NCBI GenBank assembly: GCA_951406725.2
Contig: OX597818.1
Span: 138,694,001-138,758,000 of the forward strand
Direction: 5' to 3'
Length of the DNA: 64,000 bases
From: Octopus vulgaris
Taxonomy: Eukaryota
In this document: positions 11,985 to 26,253 of the stretch, in pieces
How the letters are laid out: each line of letters opens with the position of its first letter
How positions within the stretch are numbered: the stretch's first letter is position 1
Notes under the pieces: model-generated
What the model saw: the letters and a program-made list of their open reading frames with translations, nothing else
What the model was told of the DNA's origin: nothing
Database searches by the model: none
Translations under genes and position numbers: made by a program

Positions 11985-12418
11985 CCTTAAGATAACCTGA
12001 CAGATGGAATGGTCATGACTGGAAATTGTTTGATCATAAATCTTGTTTAATCAGGGCTGGCCCTTAATGTAACAACTAACTGTACTTCTGTCACTCCCCA
12101 GCTTCATTACTGCTCTGACACCTCTTCCTTCTCCCCACTTTACCTATCTGACTTTCATGTTTTCCTCTTTCTTTGTATATTTTCTGTCTTACATTATATT
12201 CTTTATTCTTCTTCCTCCTCCTTCCATTTTCTTCTCCATATCCTCCTAAACATTCTTCCATTTCTTCTTTCACTCTTGTCTGTCTCTCCATTGTGTATTT
12301 GTCATTATGTTTTTCTTTCTTCCTTCCTTCCTTTTATGCATTCTCAATTTGTCCTTTCTATGAGCTTATTTTTTCCCCCTCAGCTTTTTTCTCTTCCTTC
12401 AATACTCTTTCTCTTTTT

Positions 12419-12621
12419 TACTCTTTTACTTGTTTCAGTCATTTGACTGCGGCCATGCTGGAGCACCGCCTTTAGTCGAGCATATCGACCCCGGGACTTA
12501 TTCTTTGTAAGCCCAGTATTTATTCTATCGGTATCTTTTTGCCGAACCGCTAAGTGACGGGGACGTAAACACACCAGCATTGGTTGTCAAGCAATGCTAG
12601 GGGTCAAACACAGACATACAA

Positions 12622-12686
<65 letters not shown>

Positions 12687-12861
12687 CATATATACGACAG
12701 GCTTCTTTCAGTTTCCGTCTACCAAATTCCACTCACAAGGCATTGGTCGGCCTGGGGCTATAGCAGAAGACACTTGCCCAAGATGCCACGCAGTGGGACT
12801 GAACCCGGAACCATGTGGTTGGTAAGCAAGCTACTTACCACACAGCCACTCCTGCGCCTAT
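12419..12861 (-). mobile_element. SINE family A, full length
   Basis: As at 8527. Confidence 0.95.
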
Positions 12862-12948
12862 GTAATAACTTTTCTTCTAAAGAAGAGTCAGACTGCTATT
12901 TCTCTTTTATAATTTCTACTTCACTTGCCTCTTTATATCTCTGGACAA

Positions 12949-13320
12949 ATCATCATCATTATCATCATCATCGTTTAACGTCCGTTTTCCGCGCTAGCAT
13001 GGGTTGGACGGTTCGACTGGGTATCTGGAAAGCCAGAAGGCTGCACCAGGCTCCAGTCTGATCTGGCAGTGTTTCCACAGCTGGAATGCCTTCCTAACGC
13101 CAACCACTCCGCGAGTGTAGTGCGTGCTTTTTACGTGCCACTGGCACAGGTGCCAGGGGAGTCTGGCATCGGCCATGATCAGTTGGTGCTTTTAACGTGC
13201 CACCGGCATGGAAGCCAGCCAAGGCGGCGCTGGCATCGGCCACGTTCGGATGGTGCTTTTTATGTGCCACTGGCACTGGAGCCAGTCGAGGTGGCGCTGG
13301 CATCGGATGGTGCATTTTAT
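12949..13320 (-). mobile_element. SINE-like family D
   Basis: As at 258-600, with 3-4 internal units. Confidence 0.88.
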
Positions 13321-13959
13321 CCCTATAATAAATAAATAAATAAATAAATAAAATACACTATAATTAAAAATAAATGTTTATAGATTTGATTTTAAAATTT
13401 ATCAAAAAAATTATATACAAATATTCATTATACACTTGGCATTTGCTTACTAGAATGCTCTAAAGTTGTTTTTTTTTATATATATATATTTTCTTTTCAC
13501 TCTACATTCTATTTCAACCATTTCCTGAAGATTTCAGCTGAATGCTTTGGAAAATACCAACATTTACATTCTACTGAAACCATTTCTGTTCTTAACCCTT
13601 TTTACCTAATACTATCTTTTCCTGAGATTGTAGCTGTACGAATGCTTTTAACAGAAATGGCTTTTGTTTTAAAACCTACATTTGTCCTGTTCTTTGACAT
13701 GAATTTTTGTTTTTTACTTTTCCATCAAACATTTTACTTTCTGTGAAAAGTGTGCAAGACCTTACCAAATTCTTTTATCTTGCTAGAAAGTAGGTTTTTA
13801 AATTTGGCTAATTGTATTGACCCAAATATATAATTTTGGTATAGTCACAGCTTAACAATTGTTTTCGTTCAAGGACCCCATTATGAACATTATTCACCTC
13901 AGTGATAGATGCTTTTGGTTAAAAGAGTATTTCTTAATTGCAGATATATAGAATCAAAA

Positions 13960-14374
13960 TACTCTTTACTCTTTACTCTTTTACTTGTTCCAGTCACTTG
14001 ACTGCGGCCATGCTGGAGCACCGCCTTTAGTCAAGCAAATCGACCCAATGACTTATTCTTTGTAAGCCCAGTACTTATTCTATCGGTCTCTTTTGCCAAA
14101 CCGCTAAGTGACGGGAACGTAAACACACCTGCATCGATTGTCAAGCAATGCTAGGGCGACAAACACACACATACATATTTATATATATATATATATATAT
14201 ACATATATACGACAGGCTTCTTTCAGTTTCCGTCTACCAAATCCACTCACAAGGCATTGGTCGGCCCGGGGCTATAGCAGAAGACACTTGCCCAAGATGC
14301 CACGCAGTGGGACTGAACCCGGAACCATGTGGTTGGTTAGCAAGCTACTTACCACACAGCCACTCCTGCACCTA
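13960..14374 (-). mobile_element. SINE family A, full length
   Basis: As at 8527. Confidence 0.93.
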
Positions 14375-14499
14375 TGTTTGTGTTAACTTACAAAAATAGC
14401 CATTTCTTAGTAAATTAAACTGTATATAAAATCACTATAAAGATGTAAATATTAAGCTATAAAGGCTGCCAAAAATTAACTTCAATAAGATTATACTTT

Positions 14500-14898
14500 A
14501 CTAGCAGTATCGCGCGGCGTTGCTCGGGTTTGTAAGGGAAATAACTATTAAGCATTTTTAGAGAGTTATAGCCCAAAAATAGCAAAAAAATGCATTAAAA
14601 ATGGAAAAATAAATTATGGTAAATTTTTTTTTAAATCGTTGACTCATCGTAGACATTTTTAGAGAGTTACTTCCCTTATATAATAGCGTAAAAAATGCAT
14701 TAAAATGGAAAAAAATGATGGTAAATTTTTTTTAAATCGTAGACTCATCGTAGACGTGCGCTAATACCCAGAAGGGCTCGATATGAATCACGACTATAAG
14801 ATACCTGGTTCTGGTTAAACTGCACCGCAAAATGTGGGAGTAGTTAGGAATCTAAATCGTAGGAGACAGACACACAACCTCTCTTTTATATATAAAGA
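14500..14898 (-). mobile_element. Non-autonomous Helitron with internal ~100-bp tandem duplication
   Basis: On -: 5' TC(TTTATATATA), 3' CCCGAGCAACGCCGCGCG degenerate hairpin then CTAGT; no TSD. Confidence 0.8.
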
Positions 14899-15484
14899 TT
14901 TATATAGAAAAAAATTCATTAGAATTATAAAATATAGAGGAAGTTTGAATACATTTTGGAAAATCAAAATCTGTGACAGCTAAAAAAATCTTAGTCAAAA
15001 TAACTGTAAAGATCAACATTTTTCTGTGTTTGCGTATTTGTGGAATTGACAATATTAAAGGAACATTGTCAGGTCACTTAAATTAAGAACTCAAAGCAAG
15101 AAGTATGGTAATTAAGACTTTTAATCCTGAACTGTGAATCTGACAATATATCTAGTTTCGCTTGAAGGCTTTGTCAAAATAGTAAACTGAACAGTTACTG
15201 ACATCTTTACAATCAAATAATTACTATCAATTCTGTCATAGTAACACCTGTAGGTGGTGTAAATTGGTCTAAAAGTGTTTGAGCATCTGACAAAAAATGT
15301 CTGCGGTACATATTTACTGTTCAGTTTATGTTCTAAGGTTAACTTTGCCTTTCATCATTCTATCATTGATAAACTAATACACCAGTCATGTACCGAGAGT
15401 TGATTCAACATTTGTGAATAGAATTATACCTGTAGACTCAGTCTAAACAGCTCAAAGATACTGTGAATGGATGAATTCTTTCAT

Positions 15485-16222
15485 TCTTTTACTTGCGGCC
15501 ATGCTGGAGCATCACCTTGAAGGGTTTTAGTCGAAACAAATCAACCCCGAGGACTTTTTCTTTTTTAAGATTAATACTTATTATATTGGTCTCTTTTGCT
15601 GAACCACAAAGTTTCAAGGATGTAAACACACCAACACCAGTTGTCAAATAGCGATGGTGGGGGGGACAAAAACAGACACAAACACATACACATACAGTGG
15701 TAGAAGCTTGCCTCCCAACCACATGGTTCCGGGTTCAGTCCCACTGCGTGGTACCTTGGGCAAGTGTCTTCTACTATAGCCTCAGGCCAGCTAAGCTGTG
15801 TGTGTGTGGATTTGGTAGAAGGAAACTGAAAGAAGCCCATCGTAATATATATATATGTCTGTGTGTGTGTGTATTTGTGTCTGATTGTCCTCTCACCATC
15901 ACTTGACAACTGATGTTGGTGTGTTTACGTCCCCGTAACTTAGCAGTTTGGCAAAAGAGACCGATAGAATAAGTACTACGCTTACAAAGATTTGTTTCAC
16001 TGAAGACTGTGCTCCAGCATGGCCGCAGTCAAAGACTGAAACAAGTAAAAGAATATTTGTATATATATACAGTGGGTTTCTTTCAGTTTCCGTCTTCCAA
16101 ATCCACTCACAAGGCTTTTGATCAGTCCAAGGGTATTGCAGAAGACACTTGCTCAAGGTGCCACGCAATGGAACTGAACCAAGAACCATGTGGTTGGGAA
16201 GCAAGCTTGTTACCACACAGCC
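15485..16222. mobile_element. Nested antiparallel family A SINEs (- 3' half 15485-15695, + copy 15697-16053, - 5' half 16075-16222)
   Basis: Orientation of the tail, core and head segments. Confidence 0.85.
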
Positions 16223-16284
16223 GAATACTTTCTAATTTTGACATCAAGACCAGGAATTTTTGATGGGAGGGGACCATTTGATTA

Positions 16285-17080
16285 CATTGAACCTTGTACT
16301 TGACTATCACTTTTTCTTATTGACCCCAAAACTATGAAAGGCAAAGTTGACCTTTGCAGGATTTGACCTTAGAATGTAAAGAGCTGAAAATATGTCACAA
16401 AGCGTTTTGTCCAAAGTGCTAACTATTCTGTCAGCTTGCCACCTTAATAATCCTTTCTACTACAAGCACAAAGCCTGAAATTTTTGAGGAGGTGGCTAAT
16501 CGATTGCATCGACCCCAGTGCGTAACTGGTACTTATTTCATCGACTCCTAAAGGATGAAAGGTAAAGTTGATCTCTACAGAATTTGAACTCAAAAATTGT
16601 AGTGACAGATAAAATACCTATTTCTTTACTACCCACAAGGGGCTAAACACAGAGGGGACAAACTAGGACAGACAAACGGATTAAGTCGATTATATCCACC
16701 CCAGTGCGTAACTGGTACTTATATAATCGACCACGAAAGGATGAAAGGCAAAGTCGACCTCGGCGGAATTTGAACTCAGAACGTAGCGGCAGACGAAATA
16801 CCACTTAGCATTTCGCCTGGTGTGCTAATGATTCTGCCAGCTCACCTTGCCTCCTTAATAATTATGGTAATTCTTTGTCCTGTAGGTTCCAGGCCTGAAA
16901 TTTTGGGGGAGAGGAGCCAAGTTGATTACATAATCTCCAGTACTTGAGTGATCCTTTATCTTATTAACCATAAAAGGATGAACGCCAATATCAGCCTTGG
17001 TGGAATTTGAGCTCAGAATGTAAAGAGCTGGAAAAAAAAAAAAAAGCCGTCACTAAGCATTTTTCTGATGCTCTAACGAT
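16285..17080 (-). mobile_element. Cluster of about four family C SINEs
   Basis: Repeated TGAAAGGCAAAGT..GAATTTGAACTCAGAA motifs; youngest copy 16620-16845. Confidence 0.85.
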
Positions 17081-17233
17081 TCAAATCCAGCATCTTGTAG
17101 TCACCATTAGAACTCACTCCAAGTCACTGGAATGGCTCAGGATTGTCTGATAAGCTTGTCTGATATGCAATTATTACATAATGAGTCCTTCTTTCCTTAA
17201 AGTCTTTTGTTTCCATTGTCAGTAGTGTAAATG

Positions 17234-17623
17234 TGGAGGCGCAATGGCCCAGTGGTTAGGGCAGCGGACTCGCGGTCGTAGGATCGCGGTTTCGATTCCC
17301 AGACCGGGCGTTGTGAGTGTTTATTGAGCGAAAACACCTAAAAGCTCCACGAGGCTCCGGTAGGGGATGGTGGTGAACCCTGCTGTACTCTTTCACCACA
17401 ACTTTCTCTCACTCTTACTTCCTGTTTCTGTTGTACCTGTATTTCAAAGAGCCGGCCTTGTCACTCTCTGTGTCACGCTGAATATCCCCGAAAACTACGT
17501 TAAGGGTACACGTGTCTGTGGAGTGCTCAGCCGCTTACACGTTAATTTCACGAGCAGGCTGTTCCGTTGATTCGGATCAACTGGAACCCTCGTCGTCGTA
17601 ACCGACGGGGTGCTTCCATCCAA
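17234..17623 (+). mobile_element. SINE family B, full length
   Basis: TSD TAGTGTAAATG. Confidence 0.95.
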
Positions 17624-17890
17624 TAGTGTAAATGCTGCTTCTTTGTTCATATAAACTAATTATGTCTAATATAACGTGTGATTCATCCACTTTCTGTCTC
17701 TTTCCTACCTGCACTCATTTGGAGGTGTATCTTAAAGAAAAAGTACTCAAGAAATGATATGGTTTGTTTATTTAACTGTTTAAAGCTGATGATTCATTCG
17801 GACAGTACCCGTAGTTTCTTGTTAAGTGTGATCCTTCCATCGTTTTGCTGCCCTAAGGATCAATCATGTGGAGTGGAAGACTCTTGACTT

Positions 17891-17930
<40 letters not shown>

Positions 17931-17983
17931 ATAGATCGTTAGCTTCTACACGCATTTTTTCTCTCCTTGTTTTTTCTGTATAC

Positions 17984-18019
17984 CTTTCTGTAGAAGAGCG
18001 TAGGCTCGAAACGTAAAAG
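17984..18019 (+). ncRNA. Variant minimal hammerhead ribozyme motif (Penelope-type)
   Basis: CTTT-CTGTAGAA-GAGC(GTAG)GCTC-GAAA-CGTA-AAAG; core deviates from CUGANGA at one position. Confidence 0.5.
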
Positions 18020-18317
18020 ACATTTTCTATTCCTGAGCGCTATACTAATACATTTGTTTGTACTCCACCTACCTTCATCTTTTGTTTATTTAAGCTGACA
18101 GAATAGTTGATATTCGTTATAGTTGACAGTAGTTGATATATCCGAAAAAGAAGCTCAGTCTAAAACATTAGAGCAGTAATATATTTTTAGACGGTTGATT
18201 AGTATGACTGGTCAGAGAAAGACCAATAGTTTTGCACCTATAAAGCGCTTAGCTGTATAGGTGACTGAGACTCAGATGGAGGCCATCTGAGTTTGACAAG
18301 TCACCTATACTTTATAG

Positions 18318-18536
18318 CAGTGGTTTTCAACCAGGGTTCCGCGGAACCTAAGGGTTCTGCCAGTACAGTCCAGGGGTTCCGCAAGAAGTTACAAAACTGC
18401 TAAAATCGGCAGTAATTTTTAATTCTCCTGTGCAGATATGTGTGCATAAGACTATTAAATTATTGCACAGGGGTTCCTCGAGCCAGTGGAATGTTTCCTT
18501 GGGGTTCCGCTCCAGCAAAATGTTTGAAAAGCACTG
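18318..18536. mobile_element. hAT-type MITE
   Basis: CAGTGGTTTTCAA ... TTGAAAAGCACTG termini; 8-bp TSD CTTTATAG; GGGTTCCGC subterminal repeats. Confidence 0.92.
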
Positions 18537-20651
18537 CTTTATAGGTATGAAACCAGTGGTCACTCTCTGACCGGCCATAACAATCTGCCTTATATATGTC
18601 TATATAGTGCGTGTGTTTGTGAGGGGAAACATTAAAGAGTACTCAATGCATCAAGCAGAGTTTTAAAACACATTATTGTTTAACTATTTTTAGGAGATCT
18701 CGCAATCACCAGTTGGCATATTCAACTAAAAATGCTTTGAATTCGCCATATGATGAATGCTTCTCCAGCGCGAAACTTAAAGCGGATAAGTCGTTCGTAA
18801 GCAATCACCGTAATATATACAAATGTTATACTATTTTGTGGTATATTTATCTTGTTATGCGTGTATATTATCTTAGGCATCTGAACACAAGAACACAAGT
18901 TGTCCCATAAGTAAGGTGGTAGTTAAATATATTTGGTATTGGAACATATTATCGAAGTTATAGTGTGTGTGTGTGCGCACGCTTTTAATTGCGTATGTAC
19001 AAAATACCGCACCATATCTCCATGTGTATGTATTTATACAAACAAACGTACGTATACATATACTCGGAAACAGTACTTGAACTGTGAGGAATTCGTGTTT
19101 AATTCAAGACAGCAGATAAAGTGCCAAAATATGAATGAATGAAAGTATGAATGAACTTGATATAGCTGTAAGAATGATGGCGGTGGTGGTGGTGGTGGTG
19201 GTAATAGTCCAAGGTGTGATAGAAGCAGACTGATACTAGTATATTAGAACAGCTGGCCAGTCACCAACACAAGCATCACCAATGCCATTATTAAATAGTA
19301 AACTTCACCTTGACAACGAGGGACTCTGTATGTGGTCGTTCAGTCTGTTAGAAATAGCAGTCGAATTTCCTTCAACTGCTGCTTTATTATTATATAAGCA
19401 AACACACTTAAGATAATGCACTCTGATCGTAACTGGAATACCATCGTACACATTTCTACTCGTTCAAAGATGAGCCGGGGGTTAAACAACAACAACCTCA
19501 AGCTGTACATTATCATAATCGACTTGCTGATCCTTGCTTTCGTCCTTTTTAGCATCCATAATTGTCGATAAGGTAATAAGGGGCCGACAAATTGTGATAT
19601 TGCAGAAACACTCCGACTCATGCCTGCTTCTCGGACTATCATCATCTTTGCTATTCTTCCTAACGCTTACTCAACTGACAGACATGTGTGTCTACATAAT
19701 TGCCTTCAAATAAAATACACCTTTGGAACTATAAACTATACCTTTATAGCCTTCCTCTCTTGTGTCCCTTCGTCTCATCAAACCTATTTCTGCAACAGCA
19801 CTCACCTCAACGCACACGTTTATCTACCTATCTCTGTTTACCCCACTCCACCCATCAAAAATATGTATAGTTGGTTGTGAGAAGACCAATTAGGCAAATT
19901 TGGTAGGATATACATTGTATTCCTTAAACTGGACAGCATTTAAATATCTATCTGTATATTTGGAAAATACACACGCACACTCATACACCTGTATTTATGT
20001 GTGTGTATGTATATATCTATATCTATCTATATATATACACACACACGTTTGTATCTATTAAGATTGTATAACCGTGTGTCTGTGTGGGAGATATGCTCTG
20101 TACGGAGCTGGAAAGACCATGGTTCAAACGAAGATTCTACACACGTGTTGGATCGTGGGGATGATTTTTTTAGTAGCAAAAGACCCTACGGAGAGTTCAC
20201 CCAATACACAGGCCCTGTGGCTGAATGTGTGTGCGTGCGTGCGCGCGTGTATGCGACCCCAGAATGGCCGCAGTCTGATGACTGAAACAAGTAAAATATA
20301 TATATATATTGTATAGTAATTAAGGGTAAAACTAATTAATTACGAAGTAATCAATAAATTTCACCAAGTAGAATTCGGTATGAAAACAGGACCCTTTTGC
20401 TGAACCCTAATATATATTTTTTGTGTACATAGATGTGTGCGTTTAGATATTGTGATTGTTTTACCATATTTGGGTTTAGTTGTATTTCATCATTAAATGT
20501 GCACACACGTGTAATAGATGTATGTATACACCGCTGCACGTGTGTAGCTATGATGTTTGGTGTGAACAGGTGTATACGAGTACTAAAGTTATAGTTTGTG
20601 TAGAATCTATATGTACAGAAAACAAGGTCGTTTAATAAGTGCGCGCTTGTG

Positions 20652-20735
<84 letters not shown>

Positions 20736-21494
20736 GTGTGTAAATGTGTTTGTGTGCAGAAAATGGTTGGAATGAATGTCGGACATGTAACATTTTCGTA
20801 GTTATTAAGGGATTGGAAAGAAATGTATGTATATTGCGCGGATTTTATACTTGAGGTGTGTCTGTGTGTGAGTTCCTAAATTTATTTAAATGTACATATA
20901 CAGTGTGTGTAGCGTGCAAATAAACGTGTGTGCACGTATATATGTAAATATATATATATATATGTAGATATTCACAATCATAACTATGCATGTTTCTCGC
21001 ACTCTAACTGTAATTAGTATGCGCGCGCGTATGCATATATATATATATATATACGCGCGAGCGTGTATATATGCACACACACGCACGTGCGAAAGGATTT
21101 GCATGCTGTCAGTGAAGGATTTGGCGTGTTGGCGAATTATCGGTCTAGGTAAAAAGAAAGACAGCTCTTGCAATGTCCACCAGTCCGTACCAACCAACTT
21201 TAGTAGAACTATCAACATTGGTAGAACACGTAGTAATAGTTGTAGTAGTATATTATTAGCTGTAGAGGTAGCCGAGAAGTATTATTTATTATTATTATTA
21301 TTATTATTAGGAGTAGTAGTAATAATGGTATTTTGGTTCCGCACCGACTACTGTGTTACATTGGCAGCAGGAAGAATATTTGTTATGCAGTTGATTTGCA
21401 GTGGAAGGTCAGCAGCAGCAGCAGCAGTAGTAGTGGTAGCAGTAGTAGCTGTTTTAATTGCATTAGTAGTAGATCGTAGTAATTGGTGTTCTTT

Positions 21495-22190
21495 AACCGC
21501 AGGTCAGCCCTAATCGAGTAAACTATGATTAAAAAAAAAAGTTTTTTTTTCCCTGTCGTAATTAGCTTGTCTTGATTTTGAGATACAAATGCTTTTATAA
21601 ATGCATCTTGGATTACATTATCTAACGTTCTTTCTTTTAAGCTGCAGGACGTGTTTTGAAGAAGCTTTAGTTGCTATGTTTAGCAGGTCGCACAATCATT
21701 TAAATGTTTCGTTAGTTGTTTCGAAGATGAAAAAAAAAAAATTACCAAAATAATCGCTATTAATTAATAAGATAGTCTCTTTAACACGCCGGGACAGCGA
21801 AGACTTGTTTCGATCCCTAGTATTTCCTTAACACTACTTATAATAGACCCCGAGGAAAGACAAGACCTTCATAGTTCCCCATTTTCTTACCTCCTCCGTC
21901 CAGTCAAATAGAAACCAAGGAAAAGTTTGTCTATATTCTACTTTCTTTTAAGTTCAAATCCCGCCGAACTCCATTTGACAGGTTAATGCATCTTGGGTTG
22001 TTATATATCTCCAAGTCGTCCCTGATTTGGCAGAAGTGTGCTGTGAGATATTCCAGCCGTGACCATCACATCTTTGTGTATATCAGGGACTACATAGTCC
22101 AATGTATCTTTTATTTTAAATAAATTCAAGGGACGTTTCGCTGCTATTTTCAGCTGGTCGATCCATCACGTAGAGGTCCTCTCCGTCCGG
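21495..22190. repeat. Two copies of an old degenerate interspersed family E (GCTGCTATTTCTAGC motif)
   Basis: CCAGC(C/T)GTGACCAT and GCTATTT(T)C(T)AGC motifs recur at 40230-40450, and inverted at 11500-12070 and 57530-57700. Confidence 0.55.
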
Positions 22191-23029
22191 GTTGTCAAAA
22201 TAAAGTACCTGCAATATACTCTAATCAATTTAATCTTATATATTCACTCTCTATGGAAGAAATTGTGGTAGTGTTGTTTGTAGTAGCCACGTATTTCAAT
22301 CACAGTGGTAATAAGTAATTAAAAGTTTGGTGATTATTTATTTGTGTTGATACATCATCGATCATTCACTCTCTCGTCTTGTCGGATTCGTTATTTAGCA
22401 ACGACCCGTTACAATCTGCGTTCAAATCCCATCGTGGCCGACTTGGCTTTTCAGCCTCCCGGGATGGTCGGTCGATAAATTAAATTACAAGTAGTGGAGT
22501 TTGTTTAGTTGATTTATATTTCTTGTAATGCATCCTAAATGTGAATAGAAATACTATATAGATAACGAACATGATCTTGGGACGTGAAAGAAAGTAGCAA
22601 ACGACTTAATCAGATTTTTTCCATCCAAAAACCATTCCAGTGAGTTTGGCAGTTTTTCACAGTTCAAGCCGTTCGTTCGTCCGTTCTCTGCTTCTTAATG
22701 TTTTCTTTTCTTCTTGCTTTTACTTGGCTGTCAAAGTTTGGGCATGGAAGGAAATGGGTTAATATCTTGTTTATGCTTCGGGGCTGCTTTGCCGCGCATG
22801 GTGGGTGTCCTCACACAGTAGCACCTACCACTGATGGTCACGAGAAGTCGGTCCTTTTTTTTCCCGTCAAGACAAGTCACCTTTATCTCTTTCGACATGA
22901 CTACTCTTACTGTTGTTATATGATATAGGTGTGTCTCTCCTTTCTTCAGTCATTCGTTTATTAAATATAGGTAGGATGTCGGAGGCAGATGGACAAGTAA
23001 TAACGGCAGCAGCACCGACTGCTGCTGAT

Positions 23030-23780
<751 letters not shown>

Positions 23781-24279
23781 TATAAACAGCAGTAGTAATA
23801 GTAGTAGCTTTTGTATAATACATGAAGTTGTTGGTAGAATTAGTAAGTTGTAGTAGTGATTGTTAGTCACAGAGGAGAACTTAGAATATAATTATATATT
23901 TTTTATTTTTTTATATACTCCTTAAATTCTTTCTTTCTTAACGTTTTTTCAAGCCTTTGCTTTCTTCTCTCTTAACCTCTTCTACACCTTTAACTCTTTC
24001 TTTTCCTCTTACCGCCCCTCTCTCTCTTTCCATTTACACCTTTTACTATTTTCTCTCTCTCTCTTTCTCTCTCATTCTTTTCTTTTCTTTTTTTTTTTAC
24101 TTCTCGTCTTTTCCTTTTACTATTCAATCCTTCTGTCATTCCCATCTTTTGTTTTTCTTCCCTCAATTTCCCTACATTTCCTCCAAATATCCCCCTTTCT
24201 TCGTCTCTCTCTTTCATACTCATACAATTTCTCTCTCTCTCTCTCTTTCACTCTCTCCCTCTCACTGTTTCTCTTTCTC

Positions 24280-25139
24280 AACAGATAATCAGCCGGTCAG
24301 TCAGATAGGCTGCATACACACACACACACACACACGAGTGTACGGACGCATACACAACAACGAAGCATTCATACACACACACACACACAGAGTGATAGAG
24401 CATGCAATGTAACACACACACACACACACAAACTGACTGACTGACAGACAGACAGGCAGACAGACTCACCACCACCAGCCAAGCCAGCCAGCCAGCCAGC
24501 CAGCCAGCAGACAAACCCCTCATTGCCTGGATGGATGGACTGGTTCCTTCCTGGCTTTTCTCCCGTGTTTACCACCACCACCGCCGTCACCATTGTCAGG
24601 GAGTGAAAGAAAGGGGCAGAAGAGGAAGAAGAAGAACCTTAGAGAGGAAGAGAGAGAAACGTGGAGGAGAAGGAGGAGGAAGAGGAGGAGGTGGTGGTGG
24701 TGGTGGTGGAGGGGAGAGAGAGTGAGAAGGAAGAGGAAAGAAGAAAACGGGACAAGAAAAAAGGGACAGTTAAGTAGTGGGAGAGAAAGAGAGAGAGAGA
24801 GAAAAGTAAGAGAAGAAGAAGAAGCCAAAAAATAATGGTTAATAATAAAAGGAAGTCTAGTGTCACATGAATTGATGATGACAAGTTATAAGAGTTAAAC
24901 GACCGAGCAAAAGCAACACATGGCACCACACTGTTGCTATTCTCCCGCACGCACACATACAAATCCATCCATAGCACTCGCATGTACAAGCATTCACGTA
25001 TATTACAAGAACCCCCGACAAACTGTGTACCTCCTCCGGCCCAGCCAGCCAGCCAGCAAACCAACCAGCCAGCCAGCTAACCGAACCAGGCAGTCAACCA
25101 AACCTTCCGTCGTCTCTCTTTACCTATCTATCTATTTAG

Positions 25140-25196
<57 letters not shown>

Positions 25197-25288
25197 GCTC
25201 TTTCTCTAACTCTTTAACTCTCTATCTATCTATCTATCTGTCTATCTATCCATCTAACTCTCTATCTATCTATCTATCCATCTAACTC

Positions 25289-25364
<76 letters not shown>

Positions 25365-25768
25365 TTATTTATCCATCCATCTATCCATCCATCCAACGCA
25401 TTTGTTATCTCTTCCAACTATACTATACGTTCGTCGAATCTGCGCTTTATACCACCACAGTGTATGGTATTATCAGTAATATTTAACGCGCAACATCATC
25501 ATCATCACCATTATCTTCGTTGTATGAAATAGGTGTTTTGACTTGGAAACTATTATTTCATTGTCCAACTGGATTCCTGGTTTTTTCTTCAGTAATTTTT
25601 TTTTCTCAATTTCTGTTACATCCTAAGAAATTATTTACTACATACGTACACACTAACACACACACACGTAAAGTTCTGTCATATTTTTCCCCCTCTTTGT
25701 TACCACTACCACCATCTCAAACCACCACCATACCAAATATATATATCATCACTCGTGGAACCGCCACT

Positions 25769-25803
<35 letters not shown>

Positions 25804-26219
25804 TGCCATTCTCCACTGCCCTCTCAGCGTCAGTTTTATTATACAAACGCCTGGAACCACCACCACTCAACAACGTATCTTTATCAAATTCCGTGTTTTG
25901 TGAATGACGATCATCGTGGCTAATTGTCTAACCACCACCACCACCACCACCACACCACCACCACCAGCAGCATCATCATCATCGTCTTGAAAACATCAAC
26001 TCCATCCCAGTATATAAATAAGCAAGAAAAAAAAAATCTAAGGAGAAAAATGACAAGGAAAACCGCAACAAAAACAACAACACACACACCAACAATGAGA
26101 AAATATCTGTAAAACAGACCAGTTTTAATCACAAGCACTACACAAAACAAAGCCGAATAATAATCATGCCTCCTTACAGTGGGCACAACGAGAACAACCA
26201 TAATAATAATAACAACAAC

Positions 26220-26253
<34 letters not shown>

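Noticed and set aside
17234-17310. tRNA-like sequence (also at 2920, 11910, 47599, 58761)
   Set aside because: SINE heads: continuous with the SINE body, bounded by TSDs, and with no proper acceptor stem.
20986-21513. 175-aa ORF with hydrophobic runs
   Set aside because: Built from (TA), (TTA) and (GCA/GTA) repeats; no domain recognised.
24520-25285. Overlapping low-complexity ORFs in the candidate 5' region
   Set aside because: Purine-rich and tetranucleotide repeats explain the open frames.
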